Shown here: piece by piece, positions 1 to 10,565 of the stretch
Numbering within the stretch: the first letter of the stretch is position 1
Layout of the letters: each line of letters opens with the position of its first letter
Assembly (NCBI GenBank): GCA_016204045.1
Contig: JACQLQ010000004.1
Span: 24,981 to 88,980 of the forward strand
DNA length: 64,000 nucleotides
Origin: Parcubacteria group bacterium
GTDB lineage: Bacteria; Patescibacteriota; Minisyncoccia; Phycocordibacterales; UBA2135
Direction of reading: 5' to 3'
The notes under the pieces: generated by a model
Database searches by the model: none
What the model was told of the DNA's origin: nothing
The model's input: the letters and a program-made list of their open reading frames with translations, nothing else
Made by a program: the position numbers and the translations under genes

Positions 1-174
1 AAGTTTGGCAATATGATCCATGAACTCTCTGAGAAGACACAGTTCATTATCATTACTCACAACCGAGAAACAATGACGCGAGCGGGGGTTTTATACGGTA
101 TTACCTCGGGCTCCGAAGGAGTATCGCGAGTGCTGTCCGTCAAGCTTGAAGAGGCTGTGGGGATTGCCCAATAA
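1..174 (+). CDS. smc: Chromosome segregation protein SMC, C-terminal end (partial)
   Basis: Frame 1 translates to KFGNMIHELSEKTQFIIITHNRETMTRAGVLYGIT...VSRVLSVKL, the SMC C-terminal QFIIITH motif. Stop TAA at 172-174. Not in the ORF track. Confidence 0.85.
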   Translation, partial: KFGNMIHELSEKTQFIIITHNRETMTRAGVLYGITSGSEGVSRVLSVKLEEAVGIAQ

Positions 175-181
175 ACAAGCT

Positions 182-796
182 CTAGTGGCGATTTTCTAGG
201 GCGCTTTTTATTGTATCCTCGTCGGAATATTCGAGCTCTGTCCCCGTCGAGAGGCCACGTCCGAGAGTTGAGAAGAATATGTTATTTTTTTGGACAAGGG
301 GGGCGAGGGCTTTTTTGAGCTCAAGCACTGTGTAATCTCCCTCGGGATTGGCTGAAAGTGCAAATACAATCTCCTTAAGGCCTCGCGAGGCCTCTTTTTC
401 GAGGCGAAGACGCAATTCGGGAAGTCGTACTAATGTCTTTCCTTCACCACTCAAGGGTAGCCGTCCGTTGAGTACAAAATATCCGCCATTATATACCCCG
501 CTTTTGTGCACCACCTCAAGGTCAGCGTCTTTTTCGACAACAAGTAAAATCGAGCAGTCTCGACTCTCATCTCCACATAGAACGCAAAGCTGATGTTTGG
601 CATTCTGCATTTCAAAGTACCGAAAGCATACCGAGCACTGGGCAACCTCCTCGCGTGCTCTCTTTATATTTCGCACCAGATCATCTGCAAACGCCTGATC
701 TGCTGAGAGCAGGAAATACACAAACCGCCGCGCTTGCCGCGCCCCTATACCGGGAAACCTGCTGAACTGCTGAGATAACCTATCGATCAAAGACAT
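182..796 (-). CDS. recR: Recombination mediator RecR
   Basis: FPGIGARQARR HhH motif, C4 zinc finger, Toprim region ANPEGDYT, GTELEYSD. Confidence 0.95.
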   Translation of the reverse strand: MSLIDRLSQQFSRFPGIGARQARRFVYFLLSADQAFADDLVRNIKRAREEVAQCSVCFRYFEMQNAKHQLCVLCGDESRDCSILLVVEKDADLEVVHKSGVYNGGYFVLNGRLPLSGEGKTLVRLPELRLRLEKEASRGLKEIVFALSANPEGDYTVLELKKALAPLVQKNNIFFSTLGRGLSTGTELEYSDEDTIKSALENRH

Positions 797-801
797 GGTA
801 G

Positions 802-2208
802 TTAGAAGGCATCATCACCAGCGTCGCCTGGCGGAGGTTGGGTTCTTACTGACATACCACCTTCTTTCTCAAGGGATACAAAGGTTGCCCTCTTCTCATC
901 GAAGAAAAGCTCGATTTTGCCAGTTGGTCCATTTCGGTGTTTTTCTATTAAAATCTCGGCTATGTTTGTTTTTTCAGTATCTTCTTTATACTTGTCAGCT
1001 CTGTGAATAAACATCACCACGTCCGAGTCTTGCTCCAATGAGCCTGAGTCACGTAGGTCAGAAAGCCTCGGTTTGTCACGACGTTGTTCGACTGCGCGAG
1101 AAAGCTGCGATAGCGCAAGTATTGGGACATCAAGCTCACGCGCGAGTCCCTTGAGCGAGCGCGAGATCTCCGTCACCTGCTGAACCATTGACTCGTATGG
1201 CCGCGAGGTATGGATAAGCTGTAGGTAGTCGATAACAAGGAGACCCAACCCATGCTCACGGACAAGGCGCCTCGCGACAGAGCGCATTTGAAGCACGGTG
1301 TTGCCCGGAGTGTCATCAATGAAGATGGGGGCGGCAGAGAGACGTCCAAGTGCTTCTTGGATCTTCACAAAATCGTCATCACTTGTAATTTTCCCCGTAC
1401 GCAACTTCCACGCATCAACACGCGATTCTGCTGCAAGCATGCGGTCCACAAGTTGCTGTGAAGACATTTCAAGGGAGAAGATACCGACGGGGGTCCCGTG
1501 CCGACACGCGCTCTGTCGAGCAATATCAAGGGCGAGCGATGTCTTACCCATACTTGGCCGCGCCGCAAGGAGGATGAGATCCGACTTTTGAAGCCCCGCG
1601 AGTAGAGTGTCTAGTTCTCGATAACCAGTCGGGACTCCACGGAGCTTGTTTTCCGATTTGTGAAGTTTATCAAGTCGTTCCCATGCTTCGCTCAAGCTGT
1701 CTTTGAGCATGGTAAATTTCCGGGAACCAGAGAGTCCTGTTATACCAAAAATCTTTTTTTCTGCACGATCAAGTAATTCTTCGGGTTCAGTCGCCTCATC
1801 GTATCCGAGGTCACCTATGAAGTCCGAAGCGCCGATAAGTTCTCGCAGAATAAATTTGCGCTGAACAATATCTGCATAATGTTTGACGTTGGTTGCAGTG
1901 GGAACCACTTCAACGAGTTCTGCTAGATACGTGCGACCGCCCACATGCTCAAGTTGTTTTTTCTCTAAGAGACGAGAGGAGAGTGACAGCAGATCAACGG
2001 GTTCCCGCTTCGCATGGAGATCTAGCATCGCCTGAAAGACAATCCTATGTTTTGTCGAATAGAAGGAGTCGGGGGAGACAACGTCAATCACATCAAAGAG
2101 TGCCTCTGGACGAAGCATAATCGAACCCAAGAGCGCCCGCTCGCTTTCAATGTTTTGCGGAGGAACCCTAACGGATGGGTTTTTTGAGGAGGTAGTTTGT
2201 TCGGCCAT
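802..2208 (-). CDS. dnaB: Replicative DNA helicase DnaB
   Basis: PPQNIESE N-terminus, AARPSMGKT Walker A, IDYLQL, LSQLSR, SDLRDSGSLEQD, KHRNGPTG. Confidence 0.98.
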   Translation of the reverse strand: MAEQTTSSKNPSVRVPPQNIESERALLGSIMLRPEALFDVIDVVSPDSFYSTKHRIVFQAMLDLHAKREPVDLLSLSSRLLEKKQLEHVGGRTYLAELVEVVPTATNVKHYADIVQRKFILRELIGASDFIGDLGYDEATEPEELLDRAEKKIFGITGLSGSRKFTMLKDSLSEAWERLDKLHKSENKLRGVPTGYRELDTLLAGLQKSDLILLAARPSMGKTSLALDIARQSACRHGTPVGIFSLEMSSQQLVDRMLAAESRVDAWKLRTGKITSDDDFVKIQEALGRLSAAPIFIDDTPGNTVLQMRSVARRLVREHGLGLLVIDYLQLIHTSRPYESMVQQVTEISRSLKGLARELDVPILALSQLSRAVEQRRDKPRLSDLRDSGSLEQDSDVVMFIHRADKYKEDTEKTNIAEILIEKHRNGPTGKIELFFDEKRATFVSLEKEGGMSVRTQPPPGDAGDDAF

Positions 2209-2449
2209 TGTTAGATTCTAGCACAGTGTCGGAAAGACGACATATCGACAAATGCTAGATTTTTGTGGGAAAGGTGTGCATAACCGCTCCATGACTAGCA
2301 TCATCTGCGGTATCCATCTACCTAGCAACAAGACGATACTAGCCTGTTAAGTTTCAGCAGGTTGATGGGTAAATTTTGCTTCCGCAAAACAGGAGCTTAG
2401 CCAACAAGAGGTGTTTTACCGGGCACTTGAGTATTCTCTTAATTTCCTG

Positions 2450-2458
2450 TTATCCACA
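2450..2458 (+). promoter_or_regulatory. DnaA box (TTATCCACA) in the dnaB / giant-protein divergent spacer
   Basis: Perfect consensus 9-mer. A one-mismatch box (TGTGCATAA, 2275-2283) lies on the other strand. Confidence 0.5.
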
Positions 2459-2513
2459 GTTGTGTCGTCAAAACGATATAAGAAAAATATAGTTCTTGCT
2501 AGAATAAAAGCAA

Positions 2514-5500
2514 TTGGTGCCTATGGGAGACGAGCTTCTTTTTGAGGGTAAAAAATATGTGTCGGCAAGACGACTTGCTGAGGGAAGCAAATATTCAAGC
2601 GATCACTTGAGTCGACTTGCTCGTGCTAAAAAAATTGACGGTAGGCTTATCGGCCGCAATTGGTTTATCAACCCAGATTCAATAGAAGTCTACCAGCAAC
2701 AATTAAACGGGGATCATCTTTTCAAGGGCGGTGAAAAAAGTTTTGAAAATGAGCAAAGCCGGGAAGCCGACACTACTCAAACCAATAGCCCTAGCACAAT
2801 AGAGCCTACTCCAAACCCGTCCGAGCATGTACAAGTGGACACTCTGCAAAATCCAGTTATTGGAGAGAACGCCGCAGTTACAATCCCAATTACAACTGGT
2901 GTTGAGTTACTATCAGAAATTCCTGAACCATTAAGGACGGAAAGCGCTATAGAACTGACACCGCCTAGCATTGAAACAGATTCATGGGACAATCTCCTCC
3001 TCGGGTCATTAAAAGAGGAAGAAAACAAAAAAGATGTCGTCACAACAGCATCACCACTACCGACGCCAGCTTCGGTAGAACAACCTCTTACAAAGCGGGT
3101 AGCTGATGTTGAAGTCTCGAAAGAAACCGAAACTCCATCAGCATTCGAAAAGTTTCGGGGAACGGGAATGCAGATACTGCGACATGCCAGCAACCTACCT
3201 GTTCAGGCCTGGCAGGCGAGCATGCCATTTATTGAGCTAGGAAAACTGGCGAAAGGGGTTGTGACAGGGTTCCTCATGGTTTCCGCCTTGGGGGGTGGGG
3301 TATATCTGCTTAGAGATACTCCTTACACGACGTACACGACCCTGTTCTCGAACGTCCTAGTGGCAACTCAAGGTGGGGGAGAAAGAATAGCTTCGGTACT
3401 TGCTTCTGGGATGGAAAACGCGACACATCGCATTACGACAGTGGGCAAGGGAAGTATGGAAATCGCCACCCACCCCAACCACTTCTTTTCACGTACACAG
3501 GAAGTTCTAGCCCAAATCATCGATGTTGTCGGGGCAAGTGCTACATATGCATCTGATAGTATCCTGCGACAATACCACCAAATACACACTCGCATATCTG
3601 ATACGAAACAACTAACCGCCGCTCTGCTTGATATCCCGGGAGGTGTGGCTCGTAACCTGTATGACACGATAACGTCACTTTTTGATGGCAATGATGCCAC
3701 GCCGACGACGCAAGACAAAAAAGGTACGCCTGTTACAATCACCGAGAAAGATATCGAAGAGGCGCGCCGGAAACTTCTTGGAGAAGAATCGGGCTCGACA
3801 CGGGCTAACCCCGCTATTGCGGAACCAACTACAAACACGCCGTTGAGGCAAGTCCAATCTGAAATTACACGGCTACAAAATGAGGTGAACCAACTTAAGC
3901 GTTCCGGGATAACGATTGAGTCACCTGTGGCACCCAAACTCGTGGAACGTATTGTCGAGCGCGTCATACCCGGTGTCACACAAACCAACCTCGATGATCA
4001 ACTGAATATCTTGCGAGGGGATATTGCATCTCTACGAAACTCCACCACACAACAAACAAACACAATATACCGTACAGTGGCTCTTTCTCAGAAAATCGAC
4101 CAACTGAACGATGTCACCCTAACTTCTATTACTGTCTCGGGAGTGTCAGGACTCACCAATGCAGACATCCCCGATGACATCACTGTATCGAACTACCTAC
4201 TCCTCACTGGAGGTACGATAAGTGGAAACTTACAAACGACAGGGACCCTCACTGCTTTTGAAGCGGCAACCATTCCGTCGTTCTCTGCCACATCAACAAC
4301 GAATGCTTCAACCATCAACTATCGTCTAGGTATTGGGACATCTTCTCCGTATGCCGCACTTGCTGTAGTGGGAGAAACAGTTTCCACCTACTTTACCGCA
4401 ACCTCAACTACAGCAACCTCTACTTTCTCTGGCCAAGCAGTCTTTAACAATACTCCTGGAGCTCCCCATACATTTGCTTCGTGGGCGACAGGAGTTGCTG
4501 GTGCACAACCGCTTGTTGCTCCACTTGTTGTGAACCCTGCCTCTGCGGGTTCTGATACCAACCTTATTTCCGCTTCTGTAAACGGTGCTGTACGGTTCTT
4601 GATTGACGCCGAAGGAGATATCTATGCGAACGGTATCTTCTCTACGGGAGGCACCACGCTCTCCACAACAACAGCGTCAACCTTTAGTGTGGAAAACAGT
4701 GCAACCCTTGGTGATGCTACGACGACCGACAGCACCTACTTCAACTCACGTATTGGATCTTCACTTATCCCCACCGTGAACAACCTTCTTGATATCGGAG
4801 ACACCACAAATGGGCTTGCGTGGAGGACGGGTATCTTTGCTACATCGCTCGGTATAGGAACGACCTCACCGTGGGGAGTACTCTCTGTAGACGCACCCTC
4901 TACTGCAAACAACATTACTCCCATCTTTGTCGTGGCTGATAAGGGCACCTCAACACCTTTTATCTACGTGTCTGGGATACAGGGAGATGTGGGAATCCGC
5001 ACTAATACTCCTACGTATGCCTTGGATGTGGCCGGTTCAATCCGCGCCACCTCGGTCATTGACGCTTCCTACTTTAGTGCTACCTCAACGACTGCAACCT
5101 CTACCATCGCAGGCTTCCTCGACATTACAGGGACGAACTCGACGTCTACCATATCGGGAGGACTCGACGTCCTTGGCGCTCTTCGTCTTGGCTCTTCACT
5201 CTCGCTCACGTCGACGACGGCAACCACCACACTCGCAGGAGGTCTCGCTCTAGAGACCACCGGCTTCGTCTATGATTTTTCGTCAAACAACGTAGGTATC
5301 GGTACTGCTGCTCCCGGAGCACAACTCCACCTTAACACCGCCTCAGGACAGAATGCCTTCCGCATTGGTTCAACGACCGATCAGTTCATTGTGAACAATG
5401 TAGGGAATGTGGGGGTTGGGACCACATCACCTGGTTCTCTCTTCTCTGTCGACGGTGGGGGAGCCCTCATCACCAACACCAGCTCAAGCCACTCCTTCTA

Positions 5501-7844
5501 TGTTGAAGATGTTGCGGATGATACGACACCGTTTGTGATTGCAAGTAATGGACAAGTCGGAGTAGGAACGACGACAATGACATCTAATATGGAGCTTGTC
5601 ATCCACGGAGATGGTCAAGACGCGAACATCCAACTAGGAAGAAGCAGCGGTGCCCTGTTTGATATTAGGGCAGGACAAGTGACCGAAGGAGTACTTTTCG
5701 CGCTGACCGGGGGCACGGGCAATATGGACTTTTATCACGGAAGTACGATGAATGTACGGTTTGCCAACAGTGGTAATGTTTTCTTCGGCGATTCTTCAAA
5801 TGCCAACATGACGCAGGGGCTTACGATTAACCAAGCTGGAGCCGATAACCAGGCACTTGCCTTTAAATCTTCTGACGTCTCTCACGGCATAACGTCTCTT
5901 GTCGAGCTAGATACCTATGGCGCTCTTGATAAGGCAAGTGGAGACGACGGGGGTATCGAAATCACCGGTTATTCAGAGGATACAGCCGCCTATGCTATCT
6001 ACCTTACGGGGTATGCAGGTACAGCGAACACTGCAAAATCTACGTCTGCTGTAGCACCCACTGTCGTGTATTCTGGAAAAAGAAGCGGCACCTCTGTTGC
6101 TTCCGTAGGTACTGATGGAAACCTGCTGGTAATTCAGGATGTTGGTAGTACCGAATGGCTCGTTGATGCTGAAGGCGATACTTGGCAGAGCGGGGGAGCC
6201 GGGTTTGCCACCTCAACTGCGTGGGGACTTGTCTCAATCGAAAACACCGGATCCGGACCCTCGTTCGTTGTTTCTGACCAGGCGAATGATACGAGTTCAT
6301 TTGTGATTAATACGGATGGAAAAGTCGGAATTGGAACAAACAACCCGTCGTATCCTCTTCACGCAAGCTCGTCTGCCACTGTCGCTGCGCAATTTAACGT
6401 TACCGACGGTACTACGCCTCAAACGGGGACAATTCTCCTCACAACTACTGAAGCGAGAACCGCTGGCCAAGGGGTCTCTATTTCCTTTAATACGCCGACA
6501 ACGGCACCTTCCTTTGAGGACTCTTCAGCAATAGGCGGCCTTGCAGAGGACTCCGTTACTGGGAATCGAGGGGGTTATCTCTCATTTTGGACAAGACCAA
6601 GTGGCGACACACTTCAAGAGCGGCTTCGTATCACAAGCGCAGGCGACGTTTGTGACGTTGGAGGAGTTGATGCCGACTTTACTGACTGCGCCTCTGATAG
6701 TGCTTTCAAGGAAGATATCGTCGGGTACGAATACGGATTGGAAGAACTCCTTGAGCTACGTCCCGTTGAGTTTAGTTGGAATGCGTTAGCACAAAGCAAG
6801 GGATATAAGGGCGGTGTGCGCGTCAACGGTTTTATCGCTCAGGAAGTGGAGACGGTCTTGCCATCCTGGATTAGCACTAACATAGAAGACGGTGGGTACA
6901 AAAAGATTGACGGTGCGGGGGATCTTCCACTTCTGCTCACCAAATCAGTTCAGGAAATTGCCGCCCGTATTAGTCTCACCTCCGCCCCCACCACAACCCC
7001 CTCCCTCTACATCGACTCGGAAGGTCGCCTCGGGGTGGGCACCACAACCCCCGCCTATACCCTCCATGTCATAGGAGATGTGGCGGCAGAAAGTTTTGTA
7101 AACATTTCAACCAAAGAGGCGAAAAAGGACATTTCGTACCTGGGGCATCTCCAGAAAGAATCGCTCTATGAAAAACTCAAAGACTTGGGGGTTGCAACAT
7201 ACTACTACGAACACGAAGATGCAAGCGATGACCCCGAACGTCTTGGGTTGATTGCTGAAGAAGCGCCTGAAGAGGTACTCGCAAAAGGGGGCAAGGGTGT
7301 AGACCTCTATAAACTTGTTACCGCTCTTCTAGCGGCATTCCAGACGCTTGCAGAGAAGGTGGAGAAGCTTGAAGATGCGGCCGTCACCGGTGTTGCGGCA
7401 GTAACTAATTCCTTTAGCGAATTATTCGCGAGCAAGTTGACCATAACCAACCTCTTGTGCTTGGGAGACACCTGTATCGGCGAATCGGAACTGCAGTCAC
7501 TCCTCACTAATGCGGGGTTAATCGCGACATCAACAACTCCAGTAGTTGAAACCCCAGACGATGAAGAAGCGCCCGATACTGAAGCGCCGACGATAACTAT
7601 TACCGGAGCGAACCCCGCGGAAATTGAGCTTAATGCCGCATATTCCGACAATGGTGCGACAGTCGCAGACAACGTAAACGGCAATCTCGGATATACAACA
7701 TACGTTAATGGCATCCTAATGACGCCAGTCCAACTTGATACAGCAACAACAACCACACATCTTATCGATTACGTGGCTACTGACAGCGCGGGAAACACTG
7801 CCACATCAACACGAACAGTGAATATTGTCGCGCCGCAAAATTAG
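2514..7844 (+). CDS. Giant membrane-anchored fibre-like protein: N-terminal HTH, TM helix, coiled coil, Thr/Ser/Gly-rich GIGT repeats, two peptidase-S74-like chaperone domains, C-terminal Ig-like (DUF5011-like) domain
   Basis: HTH-like YVSARRLA..YSSDHLSRLAR..IGRNWFI; hydrophobic GFLMVSALGGGVYLL; repeated G[IV]GT[TS]xP and ATSTTATST; SDSAFKEDI..LRPVEFSW..GFIAQEV and ISTKEAKKDI..LGLIAEEAPEEV; DTEAPTITITGANP..YVATDSAGNTAT. Confidence 0.8.
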   Translation: MVPMGDELLFEGKKYVSARRLAEGSKYSSDHLSRLARAKKIDGRLIGRNWFINPDSIEVYQQQLNGDHLFKGGEKSFENEQSREADTTQTNSPSTIEPTPNPSEHVQVDTLQNPVIGENAAVTIPITTGVELLSEIPEPLRTESAIELTPPSIETDSWDNLLLGSLKEEENKKDVVTTASPLPTPASVEQPLTKRVADVEVSKETETPSAFEKFRGTGMQILRHASNLPVQAWQASMPFIELGKLAKGVVTGFLMVSALGGGVYLLRDTPYTTYTTLFSNVLVATQGGGERIASVLASGMENATHRITTVGKGSMEIATHPNHFFSRTQEVLAQIIDVVGASATYASDSILRQYHQIHTRISDTKQLTAALLDIPGGVARNLYDTITSLFDGNDATPTTQDKKGTPVTITEKDIEEARRKLLGEESGSTRANPAIAEPTTNTPLRQVQSEITRLQNEVNQLKRSGITIESPVAPKLVERIVERVIPGVTQTNLDDQLNILRGDIASLRNSTTQQTNTIYRTVALSQKIDQLNDVTLTSITVSGVSGLTNADIPDDITVSNYLLLTGGTISGNLQTTGTLTAFEAATIPSFSATSTTNASTINYRLGIGTSSPYAALAVVGETVSTYFTATSTTATSTFSGQAVFNNTPGAPHTFASWATGVAGAQPLVAPLVVNPASAGSDTNLISASVNGAVRFLIDAEGDIYANGIFSTGGTTLSTTTASTFSVENSATLGDATTTDSTYFNSRIGSSLIPTVNNLLDIGDTTNGLAWRTGIFATSLGIGTTSPWGVLSVDAPSTANNITPIFVVADKGTSTPFIYVSGIQGDVGIRTNTPTYALDVAGSIRATSVIDASYFSATSTTATSTIAGFLDITGTNSTSTISGGLDVLGALRLGSSLSLTSTTATTTLAGGLALETTGFVYDFSSNNVGIGTAAPGAQLHLNTASGQNAFRIGSTTDQFIVNNVGNVGVGTTSPGSLFSVDGGGALITNTSSSHSFYVEDVADDTTPFVIASNGQVGVGTTTMTSNMELVIHGDGQDANIQLGRSSGALFDIRAGQVTEGVLFALTGGTGNMDFYHGSTMNVRFANSGNVFFGDSSNANMTQGLTINQAGADNQALAFKSSDVSHGITSLVELDTYGALDKASGDDGGIEITGYSEDTAAYAIYLTGYAGTANTAKSTSAVAPTVVYSGKRSGTSVASVGTDGNLLVIQDVGSTEWLVDAEGDTWQSGGAGFATSTAWGLVSIENTGSGPSFVVSDQANDTSSFVINTDGKVGIGTNNPSYPLHASSSATVAAQFNVTDGTTPQTGTILLTTTEARTAGQGVSISFNTPTTAPSFEDSSAIGGLAEDSVTGNRGGYLSFWTRPSGDTLQERLRITSAGDVCDVGGVDADFTDCASDSAFKEDIVGYEYGLEELLELRPVEFSWNALAQSKGYKGGVRVNGFIAQEVETVLPSWISTNIEDGGYKKIDGAGDLPLLLTKSVQEIAARISLTSAPTTTPSLYIDSEGRLGVGTTTPAYTLHVIGDVAAESFVNISTKEAKKDISYLGHLQKESLYEKLKDLGVATYYYEHEDASDDPERLGLIAEEAPEEVLAKGGKGVDLYKLVTALLAAFQTLAEKVEKLEDAAVTGVAAVTNSFSELFASKLTITNLLCLGDTCIGESELQSLLTNAGLIATSTTPVVETPDDEEAPDTEAPTITITGANPAEIELNAAYSDNGATVADNVNGNLGYTTYVNGILMTPVQLDTATTTTHLIDYVATDSAGNTATSTRTVNIVAPQN

Positions 7845-7848
7845 GGCG

Positions 7849-9213
7849 TTAGGACTTGAGAATTTTTGGTCCGTTTGGAGTATCGTCTATCCTATAGCCC
7901 ATCTCCTCAACTTCCTTACGGAGCATGTCTGCTTTGGCAAAATCGTTCTGGGCACGTGCTTCTTCGCGCTCTTCTGCAAGATTCTTCACTTCTGATGGAA
8001 TGTCTTCTTTTTTGAGTGTGTCAAAACCTAGTCCAAGAACCCGGTCAAAATCGAGCAGTATCGCCCGCTTTTCTCCGCCACTTAGAGCACGATCACGTAC
8101 AACATCCCAGAGCTCAGCGAGGGCGAGGGGAGTATTCAAATCATCATTGAGCGCCTTGAGAAAATGTTCTTTTGGCTCTTCTCCTGCTTCTGGCCCATCG
8201 TTGGCGAGAGCAAGAAACTGATCGTGCAGTTTGTTGAGTGCGTTTTGCGACGCCTCAAGTGCTTCCCAGGTGAAGTTGATCTGCGTACGGTAATGCGCCT
8301 GGAGAAGGAAGTAGCGATACGCAAGAGGGGAGAAGCCACGCTTCACGACGTCCTCAAGAGTAAAAAAGTTGCCTTTTGACTTTGACATCTTCTCGCTATT
8401 AACCAGGACATGCTCGTTGTGGAGCCAGTAGTGCGCCAAGGGCCTGCCTGTTGCGGCTTCTGACTGCGCGATTTCGTTGTTGTGGTGAACTGTTATGTGG
8501 TCGACGCCTCCGGTGTGAATGTCGAACTCTTCTCCCAAATACTTCATCGACATCGCTGAGCACTCTATATGCCATCCTGGGAAACCCTTGCCCCACGGGC
8601 TTTCCCAACCGAGGTTTTTGTTAAATTTCCACAGAGCAAAGTCTCGCGGGTTCTTCTTTTCGGCATTCATTCCGATGCGCGAGTGGTCCTGGTCCGCCAC
8701 CCCGCCAAGCTTGCCGTAGTCAGGGTATTTCCCTGTATCAAAGTAGACTCCGTCGGAGGTGATATAGGCGAGACCCTTGGCTTCTAAACGTTGGATGAGT
8801 TCGATCTGTTGTGGGACAAACTCACTCGCTCTCGGCAAGGCATCTGGCTTCTTGATATTGAGGGAAGCGGTATCTGCTTCAAAAATACGGATGTAGCGAT
8901 CTGCCAAGGAGTGCATATTCTCAAGCGTTGGAGCCATGCCCTCGCGTTTAAGACCAGCTGTCATCTTGTCTTCTCCTTCATCGGCGTCGGAAGTCAGATG
9001 TCCAACATCGGTGATGTTCATAACCTGCACTACCTTGAAATCGTTGTATTCAAAAACACGACGAGTGATATCTGCAAAGAGAAAGGAGCGCAGGTTCCCA
9101 ATATGCGCCTTGTCGTATACTGTCGGCCCACAGTGGTACATTGAAACCTCCCCCTGTCTAAGTGGCTTAAACTCTTCTGTTTCTCGAGTGAGAGTATTAT
9201 GGAGATGAATCAT
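7849..9213 (-). CDS. cysS: Cysteine--tRNA ligase
   Basis: CGPTVYD..HIGN, PGWHIECSAM, KMSKS. Confidence 0.98.
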   Translation of the reverse strand: MIHLHNTLTRETEEFKPLRQGEVSMYHCGPTVYDKAHIGNLRSFLFADITRRVFEYNDFKVVQVMNITDVGHLTSDADEGEDKMTAGLKREGMAPTLENMHSLADRYIRIFEADTASLNIKKPDALPRASEFVPQQIELIQRLEAKGLAYITSDGVYFDTGKYPDYGKLGGVADQDHSRIGMNAEKKNPRDFALWKFNKNLGWESPWGKGFPGWHIECSAMSMKYLGEEFDIHTGGVDHITVHHNNEIAQSEAATGRPLAHYWLHNEHVLVNSEKMSKSKGNFFTLEDVVKRGFSPLAYRYFLLQAHYRTQINFTWEALEASQNALNKLHDQFLALANDGPEAGEEPKEHFLKALNDDLNTPLALAELWDVVRDRALSGGEKRAILLDFDRVLGLGFDTLKKEDIPSEVKNLAEEREEARAQNDFAKADMLRKEVEEMGYRIDDTPNGPKILKS

Positions 9214-9297
9214 GCAAAAGTCAGATACTGTATACTAAATTAGTATAACGCGGCGTGGAATTGACCACAACAGATGTGTTTGCGATAATGTAACTAC

Positions 9298-10551
9298 ATG
9301 CAACTCCCCAATAAGACGCTTTCATTTGCCTTTTTCTCACTCCTCATTATAGGAGCTTCGTTTCTTGCTGGGACATATGTCGGCTACGAGAACAGGGCCG
9401 CAATTCTAAAAGTAAGCGGGCTTATTAACAAAGAGACGCCGGTCACAAGCGACGAGATGGTTGTTGACTTTTCTCCGTTTTGGGAAACGTGGAACGCAGT
9501 AAACGAAAAGTATGTCCCGGCAACAAATAGCACGACATCCCCGGGAGAGGTGACGGCACAAGATAAGGTATGGGGGGCTATACAGGGGCTTGTAGGGTCA
9601 CTCAATGACCCATATTCAGTCTTTCTGCCCCCGGCCGATTCAGAGGTCTTTGAGGAGAATATTCAAGGTAATTTTGGTGGTGTGGGGATGGAAATCGGAA
9701 TGCGCGACAACACCCTGACCGTCATCGCCCCGATCAAAGACACGCCTGCGGCACGGGCAGGCATTGAGGCGGGGGATCAAATCTTAAAAATAGGCGACGA
9801 GGTCACTGCGGATATTTCTCTCGAAGAAGCCGTGCGGCTCATTCGCGGAGAGATTGGCACCGAGGTAACCCTCACCATCCTTCGTGAAGGCCGCAAGGGA
9901 TCATTTGAGGTTGCTGTAAAACGGGCAGTCATTACCATTCCCACCATAGATACGGAACTGCGCAAAGACGGCATTTTTGTAATCCAGCTGTATAACTTCT
10001 CGGGGCAATCGCCGAGGGTCTTTCGCGAATCGCTCCGCGAGTTCGTATTGTCGGGGAGTAATAAGCTAATTCTTGATCTGCGAGGAAATCCGGGGGGCTT
10101 CTTGGAGGCGGCCGTTGATATATCAAGCTGGTTTTTGCCCGCGGGCAAAGTCATTGTCACGGAAGATTTTGGTCCGGGCAAGGAAGACTTAGACATCATT
10201 TACCGAAGCAGGGGATACGATGTCTTCAACGACAACCTCAAGATGATTATTCTTGTAGACAAGGGCTCCGCATCCGCTTCAGAAATTGTTGCTGGGGCTT
10301 TGGCAGAACATGAAATCGCTGATTTGGTAGGGAGCCAAACTTTTGGTAAGGGTTCTGTCCAAGAACTTATAAAGATTACGGCTGACACCTCGCTCAAGTT
10401 GACGGTTGCGCACTGGCGAACACCCAAAGGAACGCTTATTTCAAAGGATGGTATCGTGCCTATGTATGTGGTAGAAATGACAGACGAGGACAGAGAAAAG
10501 AAAAAGGACCCGCAACTTAATAAAGCAGTGGATTTACTCCTTTCAAGATAA
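9298..10551 (+). CDS. ctpA: Carboxyl-terminal processing protease (S41, PDZ)
   Basis: N-terminal TM helix, FGGVG PDZ, LDLRGNPGG, SASASEIVAGAL, TFGKGSVQ. Confidence 0.93.
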   Translation: MQLPNKTLSFAFFSLLIIGASFLAGTYVGYENRAAILKVSGLINKETPVTSDEMVVDFSPFWETWNAVNEKYVPATNSTTSPGEVTAQDKVWGAIQGLVGSLNDPYSVFLPPADSEVFEENIQGNFGGVGMEIGMRDNTLTVIAPIKDTPAARAGIEAGDQILKIGDEVTADISLEEAVRLIRGEIGTEVTLTILREGRKGSFEVAVKRAVITIPTIDTELRKDGIFVIQLYNFSGQSPRVFRESLREFVLSGSNKLILDLRGNPGGFLEAAVDISSWFLPAGKVIVTEDFGPGKEDLDIIYRSRGYDVFNDNLKMIILVDKGSASASEIVAGALAEHEIADLVGSQTFGKGSVQELIKITADTSLKLTVAHWRTPKGTLISKDGIVPMYVVEMTDEDREKKKDPQLNKAVDLLLSR

Positions 10552-10565
10552 CGAAGTTTACTACG

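Noticed and set aside
2514-7844. Prophage suggested by tail-fibre and S74 domains (and the baseplate-like gene at 45975)
   Set aside because: No integrase, terminase, capsid or other phage genes; both genes sit among core genes.
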